A stretch of DNA of 64,000 nucleotides from Macrostomum lignano (Eukaryota): the NCBI GenBank assembly GCA_002269645.1, contig NIVC01002168.1, positions 62,001-126,000 of the forward strand. The letters are read 5' to 3'. Shown here piece after piece: positions 35,667 to 61,320 of the stretch (its first letter is position 1; each line of letters opens with the position of its first letter). Below the pieces are notes generated by a model, which ran no database searches, had not been told where the DNA came from, and was given only the letters and a program-made list of their open reading frames with translations. The translations under genes and the position numbers were made by a program.

Positions 35667-38600
35667 TCTGTATGGCCTGGCCGCTGGGGTGGCCTCCTCA
35701 GATGCTGACTGTTGTAGGCTGCAGTGAGTAGTGTTGAGTAGTATGTAACTGTATGTTGGGGCATATCTTAGTAATATAGTCTGGTAACAAGAAGTTAAAA
35801 GTCGATTCAATGTGCAGTTTAGAATAATTTCTTTGCGAATTTTAAGCTTTAGGTTAAACTAATTTACTAATGGATTTGAAATTGTCAAGGAACTGCCATT
35901 GAAGGGGCTAGATGGAAAAAAATAAACAATAAACTTTCTGGCTATCATGGTATTTCATTCATATCTATCACAATACAAGTTTTATGTTAACAAGACTATT
36001 AATTTTTAGAACTCAATTATTTAAAATTATTTTTTATATTTTGTAATTTATTTTGAACTTGTTATGATAGAACAATACTAATTACTAGCTTATGATAAAA
36101 ATTAGATAAAAAGCTTATCTAATATCTTATTGATATACAAGTTAAAAACATTAATTCAATAAAATTAAATAACTATCTACCAAAATGCCAGTAAAACTTC
36201 TTTGGCATAAGAGAACTTCCTATTTATAGCAAAAACTCATTTATTGAATCATCTACTTTTTGTTAAGCATTAGATTAGAAAAAAAGAGGGATGTGTATAT
36301 CTATAAAAAATGTATAAAGCTTTCACAAAATGCCAATACACTATAATGATAAGCTATTTGACATTGATTAGGACTTTATGGCTTTGTAATAATAGACTAA
36401 TAGCCTATATATTGGTTTTGTTGAATGAATTTTGAAGTGTCAATATAGATCAAGATATAATTATTAGGCCTTAAGGCCTATGACTTTTTTGATAAACTAT
36501 ATTACTTTTGTTGTCATTCATTTTGAATGGGGATTATAACATAAAACTAAGTAAAATTAAGAATTAATAAACAAAAGAATACTATAAAAATGATGGTTAA
36601 CTAACTCATTTCAGATTTTTTAAATTTATTTCTTTAAAGTTGCAACTTGGCTAAAAAAGTTAAAAAGCTTTTAGATAGTCTTTTAAAAATTTAAAAAGTG
36701 ATTTTCCTATTGTGTGGGAATGTAATTGCAACTAAATATTATACTTAAAAATAATAACTATATAATAGTAACTTAGACCTACTATATATATAAAAAACCT
36801 TGTGTTGTGATTAATCTAAAAAAGCATTAAATATAAATCAATGTCTAAGTCTAGCTTTATCATTTTTCTTTTATTAAATTTAGTTAAGGACTATAAAGAT
36901 AGGCCCTACTGCTATCAATTTCTAGTTTTTTTGTTAACTTAATTCTTTTTCCTTAGTTAGGGGCCAAATTTAATTAAATATTTTGTAGCAAAAAATAAGG
37001 CAGTTGATAAGCTAAGCCTATTGTTATAGACATACTGACTATATAAATAGCAAGACAATTATTTTTATGGTTAGAACATAAAACAAATATCATATAAACT
37101 AAGTATCTAACTTGCAATGCAAATAAAATAAGAGGTGGCCAAATTATAAAAAATAATAAATGTGTTATTAATATATTGCCACAATGCCAATGGTAATTTC
37201 TAATGGTTCTTAACATTAGCTTTAGCTAGCTTACTTTAGAAGTTTAGGTAATTTATAACAATTAATATAAATGCTTTCTTCCTTATGAGGATTGCCATGA
37301 CTATAAAAAAAGCCATTTGTTTCTTATATATAATGACCATATAACAGATTTTTTTACTATTTATATGGTTATTTCAAGTTATAACTTTACGCAACTTAGT
37401 CCCATATAGTATGTTATGTATTGACCATAAAAATAAAAATTTTAACCATTTTGCTATTTATACAGTCATTGAAGCTGTAGGCCTAACTATAACAATAGGC
37501 CCTAACACGGCGAACAGTTCCCAAAAAATATAAAGCTTTTAAGTTTTATAGCTATCACTGGCATCAGATACCATTCTGTCTTATATGAATATATGCCTTC
37601 TTTATTGCTAAACAATAATATGATCAATAAAATCAATACTTTAATTTTTTCAAATCAAGATCAAGTTCTGGCAGCTCAACTCCTATCCCAACTAAACTCA
37701 AGCAATTCAAGCCTACTAAGGCATCTATCTCACTAATTACTACCAATAAGAAATGAGTGAAATATATAGACCTAGGCTTATTATTATCTAGAGCTGTGGC
37801 CATCTATATTTGTGGCAATCTTGGTCATGCGCCAATATAATACCATTGGCCTTATGAATACTAAGTGCATTAAGCCTAGCCAAACAAGTACATTTAAATT
37901 AAACAACTGAAAGGGAACACATGCGCCTGCCACCTAGCCAATGCAAGTTGAGACATCTCAGTAAAAGCACTATTGGCTTCTGGTTCTGACTAGGGTCTTA
38001 GTAGGGCGTTGGGCCTAGGCTAGGCAATTGTCAATTGTGCTTTTTTAAGTTAGGTTAGGTCCTATCTATCTATCTGGTCCTGGAGTCTGGTGTTAGGGTG
38101 GGATTTAGAATAGTGTTTAGTTTCAGAAAGTGTTCGGGTTCCGAAAATTACAAAAAAGAAATAATTTCGTGAATATATTTCTAAATACTTTTTCTCTGGT
38201 AGTGACTGTCTGACTGACTGACGACTGACTGACAGACATAAATGAATGACTGAATTCATGGGAACATTTCCCACGATTTAAAAATTTTCTTAAGAAAACA
38301 AATACATTTATTTAAATCTCAAGTTTTACTTTAATTTTACTTTCAAATTCAAATGATTCTTTTTACTTTTTATGAATCCAGGTTTTTTGTCTTACCCAGA
38401 GCACGTTCAATAGCGTTTTATTTCGTGTCGACACCGAGATATATTGTAATTGATTGTTGGTCTTTGTCTTTGAAGAAGTGCTAACAGACAGAAAATTCTA
38501 TTCCCTAAATTTTATGATATCTACAGTCATATACGTAAAAATTTACTTTTCCAGAGCCCGCACATGTAACATTTTTAAGCATTACATATTGTATTGATTA

Positions 38601-40384
38601 AATTCCAAATAAACGCTTATCGCTGAGTCGAGGCAGCTAGTATAGCTAGCACCACAGATACTATAATACTATAATAAGTTATTATAGTATCTCTGGCTAG
38701 CACCTTGAAAACAAAAATTAAATGCCATGAAACAAAATTGCATTTTCGTCTGAAAGGAGCTGTAAATTAATATATACAGTGTACATGTACATATACTATA
38801 CTTACATGTACAACACGTACATTCGTATACAATGCATGTACAGTGGTAGTCTAGCTCAGCAATTCCTTCTGGTTGAGCACAAAAAATAGCTCATGGTTAG
38901 TCCATACTTTCCTGCTCGGGCTTCGAAAGTTGCTACATCCTATGGACCTATTACGTGTGCATGTGTATAATCGCGCCTCGGCCACTGATGGACACTTTTA
39001 AAGTAAAGTCCGGCCCCTTTCCAAAGCGTCACTTTAAAGGTTCACTTCAGCGCCCATGCAGGGCTGGATTTTGTAAATAATCTTGTAAAATTAAATCTTC
39101 GAAGACATTCATGCTTGGTGACCTCTCGATCTCTGCAAATCTAATCGGAGACCGGAGTCGCCCCTACATGAATTAGCTCTCCTCCCCGTCCCGATCGGAC
39201 ACAGTGCGGGGCTTCCTCCTCGGAGTTTGACGAGATTGATGGCTTTTCAATCTCGAATCGAGCAAGAGCTAGGCTTCCCTTAATATCTAATATTGTGTTA
39301 CATAATCCCCTCCTCCCTGCATGCCTTGCAGATCTAAACAGCTATAGCAGCAGCTCATAAAGTCAAGCGAAATCCGCTTGATCTTCGACGGCATCTCAAA
39401 TTTGAGCAGCTATAAAGAAATTGAAAGATCCCAAAGAAGACTATAAAGAAGGTATGTAGCCACAGAGAGACAGAGAGATAGCATACAGCTCATTCCATAC
39501 TGATAGGAATTGATTGAATTCTGCGGTTTAGCGAAACTGTCAGCCAGAAAGGATAGCCTGACACAGAAGAAATTACTACTTTGGCCGGAAGCCCTCCTCT
39601 AGCGCCACACATAGCTGTCTCAGGCAGAGAATGGCGGCAGCAATATTATAACAATTTCCTTTTTTCCGATTGCGTAACTGAAGAACTGCCACTTTCATGC
39701 GAGTAAAGGGGCTTCTTCGTTCTCCCCAACTACGAATATCATATAGATGCGGCAAAAATGATTAAATATTTGGTATTTATTCCCCATTTATAGACGCACT
39801 GCAGTTTCCCAGAATTCTGTGAAGATATGAGAATTCTTATATATATATTGAGCTGTGCAGATGCTTGCGGCGCATGTACGAGCGTATGCTTATTCACAGA
39901 CCCATGACTGAGTAAGTAAGTAGCTTCCTTAGTCAAGAGCACACTCAAGTTACAGTTGCATCCACACAGCTCATTAGTTATTGATTAAACGAATTTGCAC
40001 CTAAGATTACAAGATGTTTATGACAGCAAAGCTTGATTGACGATCTGTATGAAGTGAGACTGACGGGGCAATGGGGTGGGTGCATTTGGGGTGGGTGGGG
40101 TTTAAAGATTTTGCTGAGGTGCCTGCAGCAGCACAAGAAGCATGTTACTAATGCCTTTGACAATTCAATTATCGAAGAGGAAAAATTATATTGCAGAACG
40201 GCAACACGATATCTCGTATGCATTTGGCAATTAAGGGATGTTATGGAATCTCTAGGTACATTCTTCTTCTTCCTCATGGGATCGACAAGGTTAGAGAGTA
40301 CTATAGCAATCCAGCCCGTTTGGGGAGCGCAAAATTGAAAATGAAAATATGGCTGAAAATAATAAAGAATGGACCCATGCTTCC

Positions 40385-41975
40385 AGTAAGCCTTGACATC
40401 CCAGCAATTCCCCATAAGCCTTGACATCTCAGCAATTCCCCATAAGCCTTGACATCTCAGCAATTCCCCATAAGCCTTGACATCCCAGCAATTCCCCATA
40501 AGCCTTGACATCCCAGCAATTCCCCATAAGCCTTGACATCTCAGCAATTCCCCATAAGCCTTGACATCCCAGCAATTCCCCATAAGCCTTGACATCTCAG
40601 CAATTCCCCATAAGCCTTGACATCCCAGCAATTCCCCATAAGCCTTGACATCCCAGCAATTCCTCATAAGCCTTGACATCCAAGCAATTCCACGTAAGCC
40701 TCGACGTCTCAGCAATTCCTCCAATAAGCCATGACATCTTAGAAATTTTCCCACTAAGCCTTGGAGTCTGAGCAATTTCCCGATAAGCCTTGACATCCCA
40801 GCAACTCCTCTCATCAGCCTCGACGTCTCAGCATTCCCCCAGCTGTAAGCCTCATCCCAGCAATTCCCCATAAGCCTTGACAATGACATCTTAGCAGTGA
40901 AATGTGTAGCCTTGACATTTCAACAATAAGCCTTGACATCTCAGCAATTCCCCTCATAAGCCTTGACGTCTCAGCAATTCCCCCGCATAAGCCTTGACAT
41001 TTCAGCAATTCCCCATAAGCCTAGACATCTCAGCAATTCCCCTCATAAGCCTCGACGTCTCAGCAGTTCTCCCAGTAAGTCTTGACATCTTAAATTATGC
41101 TTCTTTTATGTTTAGCATGATGCTTTTTTCACATGGTGGTCCTTTTTGTAAGCTTTAATCATGAAATGCTAAAATGGTAAATTATTAAAACAAATTATTC
41201 TACTGAAATTCGAACATATTCGAAAAATAAGCCGTGACATCTTCGCAATTTCCAGCCAAAGCCTTGAAGTCTCAGCAATTCACCCAGCTCAAGGCAATTC
41301 TCGATCCCCATAAGCCTTGACAGCCCAGCAACTCCTCCTATTAGCCTCAACGTCTCAGCAATTCCCCCAGCTGTAAGCCTTGACATCTCAGCGATTCTCC
41401 CAGTAAGTCTTGACATCCCAGCAATTCCCCCAGCTGTAAGCCTCGACATCTCAGCGATTCTCCCAGTAAGTCTTGACATCCCAGCAATTCCCCCAGCTGT
41501 AAGCCTTGACATCTCAGCGATTCTCCCAGTAAGTCTTGACATCACAGCAATTCCCCCAGCTGTAAGCCTTGACATCTCAGCGATTCTCCCAGTAAGTCTT
41601 GACATCCCAGCAATTCCCCCAGCTGTAAGCCTCGACATCTCAGCAATTCTCACCGTAAGCCTTGACACCCCAGCAATTCTCCATAAGCCAAGCCTTGACA
41701 TCCCAGCAATTCTCCCAGCTGTGGGACTTGACATCCCAGCAATTCCCCATAAGCCAAGCCTTGAAATCTCAGCGATTCTCACAGTAAGCCTTGACATCCC
41801 AACTATTCCTTAATAAGCCTTGACATCCCAGAAATTCCCCAATAAGCTTGACAGCCCAGCAACTCCTCCTATTAGCCTCAACGTCTCAGCAATTCCCCCA
41901 GCTGTAAGCCTCGACATCTCAGCGATTCTCACCGTAAGCCTTGACATCCCAGCAATCCCCCATAAGCCAAGCCAA
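40385..41975. repeat. About 28-bp minisatellite family (TAAGCCTTGACATCCCAGCAATTCCCCA) with higher-order variants
   Basis: Two blocks separated by unique AT-rich DNA at about 41090-41225. Confidence 0.9.
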
Positions 41976-42519
41976 GGTTATAGAGTATGAGATCGACAAG
42001 GTTATAGAGTATGAGATCGACAAGGTTATAGAGTATGAGATCGACAAGGTTATAGAGTATGAGATCGACAAGGTTATAGAGTATGAGATCGACAAGGTTA
42101 TAGAGTATGAGATCGACAAGGTTATAGAGTATGAGATCGACAAGGTTATAGAGTATGAGATCGACAAGGTTATAGAGTATGAGATCGACAAGGTTATAGA
42201 GTATGAGATCGACAAGGTTATAGAGTATGAGATCGACAAGGTTAGAGAGTATGAGATCGACAAGGTTATAGAGTATGAGATCGACAAGGTTATAGAGTAT
42301 GAGATCGACAAGGTTATAGAGTATGAGATCGACAAGGTTATAGAGTATGAGATCGACAAGGTTATAGAGTATGAGATCGACAAGGTTATAGAGTATGAGA
42401 TCGACAAGGTTATAGAGTATGAGATCGACAAGGTTATAGAGTATGAGATCGACAAGGTTATAGAGTATGAGATCGACAAGGTTATAGAGTATGAGATCGA
42501 CAAGGTTAGAGTATGAGAT
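41974..42519. repeat. 24-bp minisatellite (AGGTTATAGAGTATGAGATCGACA)
   Basis: About 22 nearly identical copies. Confidence 0.97.
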
Positions 42520-42794
42520 TTGAAATGGAAAAAACAACTTGGCAAAAGTTCTAGCCGCTGTAGCTATGACAACAGCTGAAGGGTTGAAGCTTTGTAAAGG
42601 GCTATAAAAATAAGTGTAATAGTTTTACAATGCAAAAAGTTTATATATTTTATGCAAGTACAAATGCTTATTGTAACAAAATTACAACTCACAAAGCAAT
42701 TATGAATGCAACTTCACTCAGCGCAAAAACTGTATAAACCAAATCCTTGAATTTAGTAAGCCAAAAACCATGCACTTGCTTTGTGTTTATGTCA

Positions 42795-43530
42795 TAAAAA
42801 ATGGCGTTTCAGTCATAAAATGGTGTTTCCGTCATAAAATGGTGTTTCCGTCATAAAATGGTGTTTCCGTCATAAAATGGTGTTTCCGTCATAAAATGGT
42901 GTTTCCGTCATAAAATGGCATCTCCCTCAAATAAAATGGCATCTCCCTAAAATAAAATGGCATCTCTCGAAAAAAATGGCATCTCCCTAAAATAAAATGG
43001 CATCTCCCTCAAATAAAATGGCATTTCCCTCAAATAAAATGGCATCTCCCTCAAAAAAAAGGGCATCTCCCTCAAATAAAATGGCATCTCCCTCAAATAA
43101 AATGGCATCTCCCTCAAATAAAATGGCATCTCCATCAAATAAAATGGCATCTCCCTCAAATAAAATGGCATCTCCCTCAAAAAATGGCTTCTCCCTAAAA
43201 AAAATGGCATCTCCCTCAAATAAAATGGCATCTCCCTCAAAAAATGGCATCTCCCTCAAATAAAATGGCATCTCCCTCAAATAAAATGGCATCTCCCTCA
43301 AAAAATGGCATCTCCCTCAAATAAAATGGCATCTCCCTCAAATAAAATGGCTTCTCCCTCAAATAAAATGGCTTCTCCCTCAAATAAAATGGCATCTCCC
43401 TCAAAAAATGGCATCTCCCTCAAATAAAATGGCATCTCCCTCAAATAAAATGGCTTCTCCCTCAAATAAAATGGCTTCTCCCTCAAATAAAATGGCATCT
43501 CCCTCAAATAAAATGGCTTCTCCCTCAAAT
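42795..43530. repeat. 19-bp then 21-bp related minisatellites (CATAAAATGGTGTTTCCGT; CAAATAAAATGGCATCTCCCT)
   Basis: The two units share the core ATAAAATGG and abut at about 42915. Confidence 0.92.
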
Positions 43531-44990
43531 GAACTGGCCGGCCCGCCCCATGAAAACCGTGGCACCCCAGCACCTGCAGCACCATATTTATACAGTATCG
43601 GGTTCCTTTGAAGGCAGGAACACCGCTGGCTTGTGTCGGTAACAGTGAGACATGTGGCTACTGCATTGAAACTTATTAATTAGTTTTGTGTACGGAGCCA
43701 AGGCACAATATAGAGAATTGCGCATCAAGCCGCGTAAGAATTTATAAATGATTCCTAATAAGAGATTGGTATCAACAGAAATGCCCCGCAGGTAAATGCC
43801 AGGTTAATGGCTGAAGAAAAAACATGCCTTAAACTTTGGTTATCAATTTCCTGCATTGCTGAGCAATGCCCACCTGATTTTGCGGGATGATTGCGTAATC
43901 GCTGTAGCACGGACAATGGTAGTAGGGGCTAGGGAGACCACTCAGCTCAGAATACTTGGTGTTAAGCTGCCGAGTTTGAGACTTCTTACGGCCGTCTCAT
44001 GGGGATTACGGCGCACGAAGTGAGTCGAATTCTGAGACGCATAAATCGCGAGATGATGATGATGATGGATTACGAGTGAGTCTATCGTGTTGGTTAAAAA
44101 CTTGTAAGACACTTCATGACTTCAGGATCTCTTCGATTTAAAAAGATAGCTTTCTGGGGGAATTAATGAAATCTTATATTTCTTCAGGTCACACAGGAAA
44201 AAACTGATGAATTAGGAAATCCAAGGAAATTAACAAAGCAGCTTTAGGGAACTGAGCTTATATAGGGAGGCGGGAGCTAGCTAAATAATGTACGGTGAAG
44301 CTTTAAGTCTCAACTTCCGAAGGAAAATGTAAAAAGGCAAAAAGCTACTTCTAATTTATTTTACTTTTTATAAACAACTGAAAAAGCGCTTGATTGGCGT
44401 CGCGTGATTCACTTCTTCGCTTGACAAAAAACGAATCTTCTTTTCTTCCTCCTCAATTTAAAAGTTTCGGCCTTTACTTTGAAGTCCAAGGGGAAAATTG
44501 GCGGATTCATTGGTTGGTTGGGGCTGGGCTTGATGGAAGCTCATCTTTGCGACTTCCACAAGCCCGTCGCAAAGTTAAGAAAGGTTTATGAAATGGGAAG
44601 GTTTTTGGACTTTTTCGTCCAAAGGAAAAGAGCTTTTCTCTTGGTCTGGCCAGCGAGTCAATCAAAAAAACGACAATGTACATTGCCCTACATTCAGGGG
44701 TTGGTGTGAGGGGGTAAGGTGTGGGGGGTTGAGCGTTCAGTCAGACAGATAATTGGGTGTGAATGGAAATGGGGTGGTGGGAGGCCCGCCCCCAGGCTGG
44801 CCAACCAAATTGGAATTGGGGGTGGGAGAGTGGTGAGGACGCGAGGATAGATAGGGTTCTCTAGCATTTATTTTTTAGGAATAAAAACGAGGGCCAAACG
44901 CCCAAAACCATAAACCCAGGCGGATCTCTCGTGTTCTACAAAGTAATAACTCTCAAACAAAGAAAACAAAGGCCAATATTAAGCAGAGAA

Positions 44991-56538
<11,548 letters not shown>

Positions 56539-57544
56539 GCCCTAGAGCTATCAAACAGTCTGATTGGTTGGAGTTTGCAAAAGGTTCTAGCGTGTACATT
56601 AACGGGAATTACTTTATCTCCGTCTGTCTAGCTTATTCGCATCTCATTGGCTGGAGCTGACTACCACCACCCCATACAACCGCGTAGCAGGGGGCAAATT
56701 GATAAAATCCAGTGCATAAATCAACAGGGTTAGAATTTATTTCTGTATATTGGCTAGTTTTATCCTATTTGATTGGCTGCACCAACCCAGGGCGTTTTTT
56801 ATGCAATTTACGGCTGAATTACTATGCAAACGAGGTAGAGTTACTTAATATGTAAATTCTCTGCAACACTTTTATAGCCAATTACAGTGAGAATTAAAAT
56901 CTGTTTATTAATATGTTGTTCGCTTTTATTGTTGTTTTCTCCTACTAGAAAGTTTTACTAATTTACCGAGCCTCTGATGAACCATCATACTTTTATAATG
57001 ATTACTTAATTTGTTATTCATCATTTATATTTTCTTTCACAATTTTAAACTTTAATTAAACAAATCCTGTCTAAAAGTATAGTTAAAAGTACATTTTAAA
57101 GTCATTAGCGGTGCAAGGAAAGCAAGGTTTGATTCAATATTCGGAAATTTATTATCGACCTGGAAAAATCTTTGGCGTTCTTGTCTTGTTACTCAATCTC
57201 CTAATCACGCTACTGGTAGTAATATACGAGTAATTAGTTGCAGCTGACCTTTTTCACTATTGCTATTGGGAACGTGAATTCGGTACTCAATCGCATTCGA
57301 AAGGAAGCAAAGCTCTTGGACAAAGACGGACAGGCCATCAGTAAGCACTGTCCGACAAGCGATTGCGTGGCAAAGTCCGGCCAGAAAAAAACCGAAGTTT
57401 CTTTGAAAAGAAGAAGGGAAAGGCGGCCGGTCGACAAGAGACTCAAAGGACGGCACAATCGCCTTGGACAAGAAATTGCGACGGTCAAGCGTGGCGTGAC
57501 TTGGCGGGTCGGTGGGGGGGGGGGTAATTTTCCCATTAGGGGAA

Positions 57545-57875
57545 GCTAGAAAAGGGAAAGAAGATTAGCTGTGCCAACAATGACGGAAATCTACAGTAGC
57601 TAACATGTATTATTTGGGACGGAAAGAACTAGAAAAGGGAAAGAATATTAGCTGTGCCAACAATGACGGAAATCTACAGTAGCTAACATGTATTATTTGG
57701 GACGGAGAGAACTAGAAAAGGGAAAGAATATTAGCTGTGCCAACAATGACGGAAATCTACAGTAGCTAACATGTATTATTTGGGACGGAGAGAACTAGAA
57801 AAGGGAAAGAATATTAGCTGTGCCAACAATGACGGAAATCTACAGTAGCTAACATGTATTATTTGGGACGGAGAG
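57545..57875. repeat. 83-bp tandem repeat, about 4 copies
   Basis: CTAGAAAAGGGAAAGAATATTAGCTGTGCCAACAATGACGG... repeated. Confidence 0.92.
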
Positions 57876-58905
57876 AATAATTAGTATTTCCAGCTCGTAT
57901 ATTAAGCGTTAGATAAGCACACACTGGCTCCTGGGGATTGGGCGAATGACATTCAAATCGTGTTCAGAATGTGAAATGCGTCCATAAAGCATCTATCTAT
58001 CTAAAAAGCGTGATCCCTTAATCCTCTGCGGCCCTGCGCCGCTGGAGAGCAGGAAAAGAAACTATGACGCTGAGGCGGCTGCTACTGCTCTTCCTCTGAT
58101 AGAAACTCGATACGCCTGAGTCCTCATTGAATTAGAAAGAGGGTAAAATTGATGGATAGGAGCGCCGAGCAGATGTCGTGTGTCAGTTGTGTGTTTTGCC
58201 ATTTCTTCGCCTCGTGAATTTCCACTGTGTATATGCATTAATCAAGTTAGAGTTGGAATTTATCTGTAAAAATAACGATGACACGTGATTTTAAAAAGCG
58301 CAGCCGTTTAAAAGAAGACGAACAGTCTGCCATTTGAGAAGAAGAGGAAGAAGAGATCTGCCATTTGAAGAAGAGGACGCGGTGCTACACTCACGAATCG
58401 TGGAAGATTTTCACCATGAAATGCAGTAGCGAGTCAGCGAGATGTGATTTTGTAGTTTCTGTAGTTGCCTGCGCACTTGTTTTATCTGGGTGACCTTCGG
58501 TTCCAGTTGGTCGCCAGTCGATTGGCTGGGCCAGGGCGCCACTGTCTCTCTCTCTCTTTTGGGCACCTTTGTTTACGACCCGGTCCTCCCCCCACCTCAG
58601 CTTTTCTGCGGACCGATTGGCCAGTCCTTCCTTTCCTTTCTCTCCTTTCTTGGTCCAGCTTATCAGCTCTTCTCTGCGCGGTGCCCTGATTGGCTGGACT
58701 TGGTTGACGTCTGCTCTCTCTCGCCCCTTCCCCCTTTTCGTTCGGTGTTTACTCGTATTTTGCATGTCGTCTGGCTGCGCCCTCCCCTAACCTTGCCTCA
58801 CGTGGCGACTGTTTTTCACCCTACATTGACCGTAAAGACAATCTCTTAACTTCGAAAAATCAATTTCTTGCATGCTCAATGTATAGAACCCTTTAGACAT
58901 ACTCA

Positions 58906-59337
58906 CAGTGGCGGCGCAGGGGGGGGGGGGGGGGGGGGGCGGGGGGGGGCGGGCTGCCCCCGGGTGACCACCCCTCACCACCCTCAGGGGGTGACCACCC
59001 CCAGGGGGTGACCACCCACTACTTAAAAAAAATTGGTACTTTACCATATTTTTTCAAAAGTGTGGTCACCCCATGGGGCATGGGGGTGGTCACCTGAGAC
59101 CTCAGGGGGGTGGTCACCCGGTAGGGCCTGTAGGCTGTAAGGGTGGTCACCCTTTGAGGGCGAACCGCGAACTGGGCCTGGGCGATAACGAATCCTAACG
59201 ATTTTGGAAAGCTGGAATGTAATTATTTTTGTGATAATTTTTTTGATAATTTTCTCTGGGGGTGACCACCCAGCCGGGGGGGGGGGGTGACCACCCAACC
59301 ACCGCCCCCCCCAGCTGGAGGTCCTGCGCCGCCACTG
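58906..59337. mobile_element. hAT-type MITE family B with subterminal GGTGACCACCC repeats
   Basis: 15-bp TIR CAGTGGCGGCGCAGG...CCTGCGCCGCCACTG; 8-bp TSD CATACTCA (58898-58905, 59338-59345). Confidence 0.9.
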
Positions 59338-60449
59338 CATACTCAAGCCCCGTTGTTAGAACAGAAACCTCGCTTAACCACGTTAAATAACAACAAAAAA
59401 CCTTATTTCGTTAAATATTTCGTTATTCCTATCTGACTACATGTATCTCCTTCTTTCCTTACTGTATTTTTTCTAGTGCGGATTTTTCTTGCGGATGAAT
59501 TTGTCTATGGCAAAACACCAATTGGCTCCACCCAATTTCTCTTCTCTGCCCTGTGCCCCCGGCGGTGGCTCGTGATTGGCTGGCTGGCAAGGAAGGGTGC
59601 CGTGGCCTCCTGTCCCCCTATCCCTCACACCTCTTTCCCCTCTGCTATTTAAAGATTGCCTTCCCCTAACCCCTAACCCCGGTTTTTCATCTCGCCCTTC
59701 CTGACTGGCTCTCGGGTGACCTTGAAAACCCATTTAAATACGAGCGTACTACGGTTGTCCAAAGGCGCATGTACAGTAGCTCTGAAATTAATTCCCATTG
59801 CATGTGGTGGCCGCGATGCACGTAATCGATCCCCCCAGAGCCAGTGATCGGCGGTGATCTGGTACTGGCATATCAAACAGTAATAATTATCGAAAATCCG
59901 CGAGCTCCCTCCGTTTGCGAAAAATACAGTCACGCCAGGTCCAATTGAACTTCCCATGCAGTTGACAAGAGGGCCGGAGATGCATAGAGTAGATTGGCCA
60001 AGCTAAGCCTCTTTCCTTCAGCGGAAAAATTCTCAGCAACTTCTTCCTACTACGCAGAACATCCGCGCGCGGACTGAGGGCGAGACAAGCTGGAGAAACA
60101 AGATTAAAGCAGAAATCCCCCACCCCCGTGCTCCGCGTGTGCACTTTGGGAACCCATGAAAGTTCTGTGTCCGTGCCTTCCCCACTCCGGAATCCCAAAC
60201 GCCCAGGCAACTAGAAGCAGCAGGGCTCTCTCGGCTTAATCCACGGGCAAACGAAGTGGGCTTGTCCGGCTTGGCTTTTTGCTCCCACCTTTCAGCCGGC
60301 GGGCCACCCTGCATTGTTCCTCTCACACAACTCTGCCATAGCCCGGAGCTGGACTCAGCGCCTGAGTTATGTGACCTCGGTTGGGTCAGCCGACAAGATC
60401 TGCCGGCTCCTCCCTCGGAGTTTTGCTCAGTTTGTTTGCCTTGTACCCG

Positions 60450-61320
60450 CCAGATCTGCGGAAATCGTCTAGCGGCTTGTCTTCTTTATTTAACCCGAAT
60501 CGAGTGGCTGCCACCGTGATTCATTGGACCGCAGCTGGCAGGGGCAAGAGCAGGTCAGTGGTAAACAAGTCGGACCCCCTGGTCATATTCTTTGGGGCTT
60601 GTGCATGAATATAAACTGGGGGTTGTCCGCGCTTTTCACAATCCATGAGACTGACCTCGAGGGTACAAAGAGTGTGCATGCTTTGATTTATTTTATATTC
60701 CTTCCTCAGCAAAGCTTTTTAAACAATTCAGTATTTGCCTGTGAATTTCGCGGAAAGCCCTGAGAGAACTGGCAGCAGCAATTAGAAACAAACGCACAGC
60801 AGCTACAAAAGCGGAGTGACGGGCAGGAAGAGAGGGGGAGACATGCAAGGCCGTCAGTGTTGGGACTTTGCAGAATAAATGCAAATTGCCCGGATCGCGC
60901 CGCTCTCAATAGGGGCCGTGGGAGGGCCATCCTGAAAGAAGCTCCCAGCCTCTCCTCCCCGCCTCGCCCCCACCCTCCAGTACTCAAGCCCCCGTATCTG
61001 CTGCGAGTGCCAATGGTGGCAACTTTGGGGGGAAGAAAGCGGGGATTCTCCCGGCAGCAAAACTCCCGTCCTCCCCCTTCTCTCTCTCTCGGGCATATAA
61101 CCCCCCCTGTTTTTCACCGCACGCCCTCATCAGCGCCCGCCAGTCCGCCAGCCCCAGCCAGCTTAGCTGCTGCCCATCCGGTCAAGCCAGAGCACAGAAG
61201 GCATCTGATAGGTGAGTAACTCATGCTGGCAGCTCACACTGCGGGAGCCTGCGTGGCTGGCAATGCCAGCACCGTAACTGCAGCGAGCATATCGCGGATA
61301 AGCATTGGCAGCCATGGGTC
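60450..61320 (+). pseudogene. Highly degraded non-LTR reverse transcriptase remnant
   Basis: Collinear decayed motifs across frames: GNRL (~60460), RGKS (~60540), LSKAF*TI (~60705-60730), AYADD-like GCATATCGCGGATAAGCATT (~61288). Confidence 0.3.
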
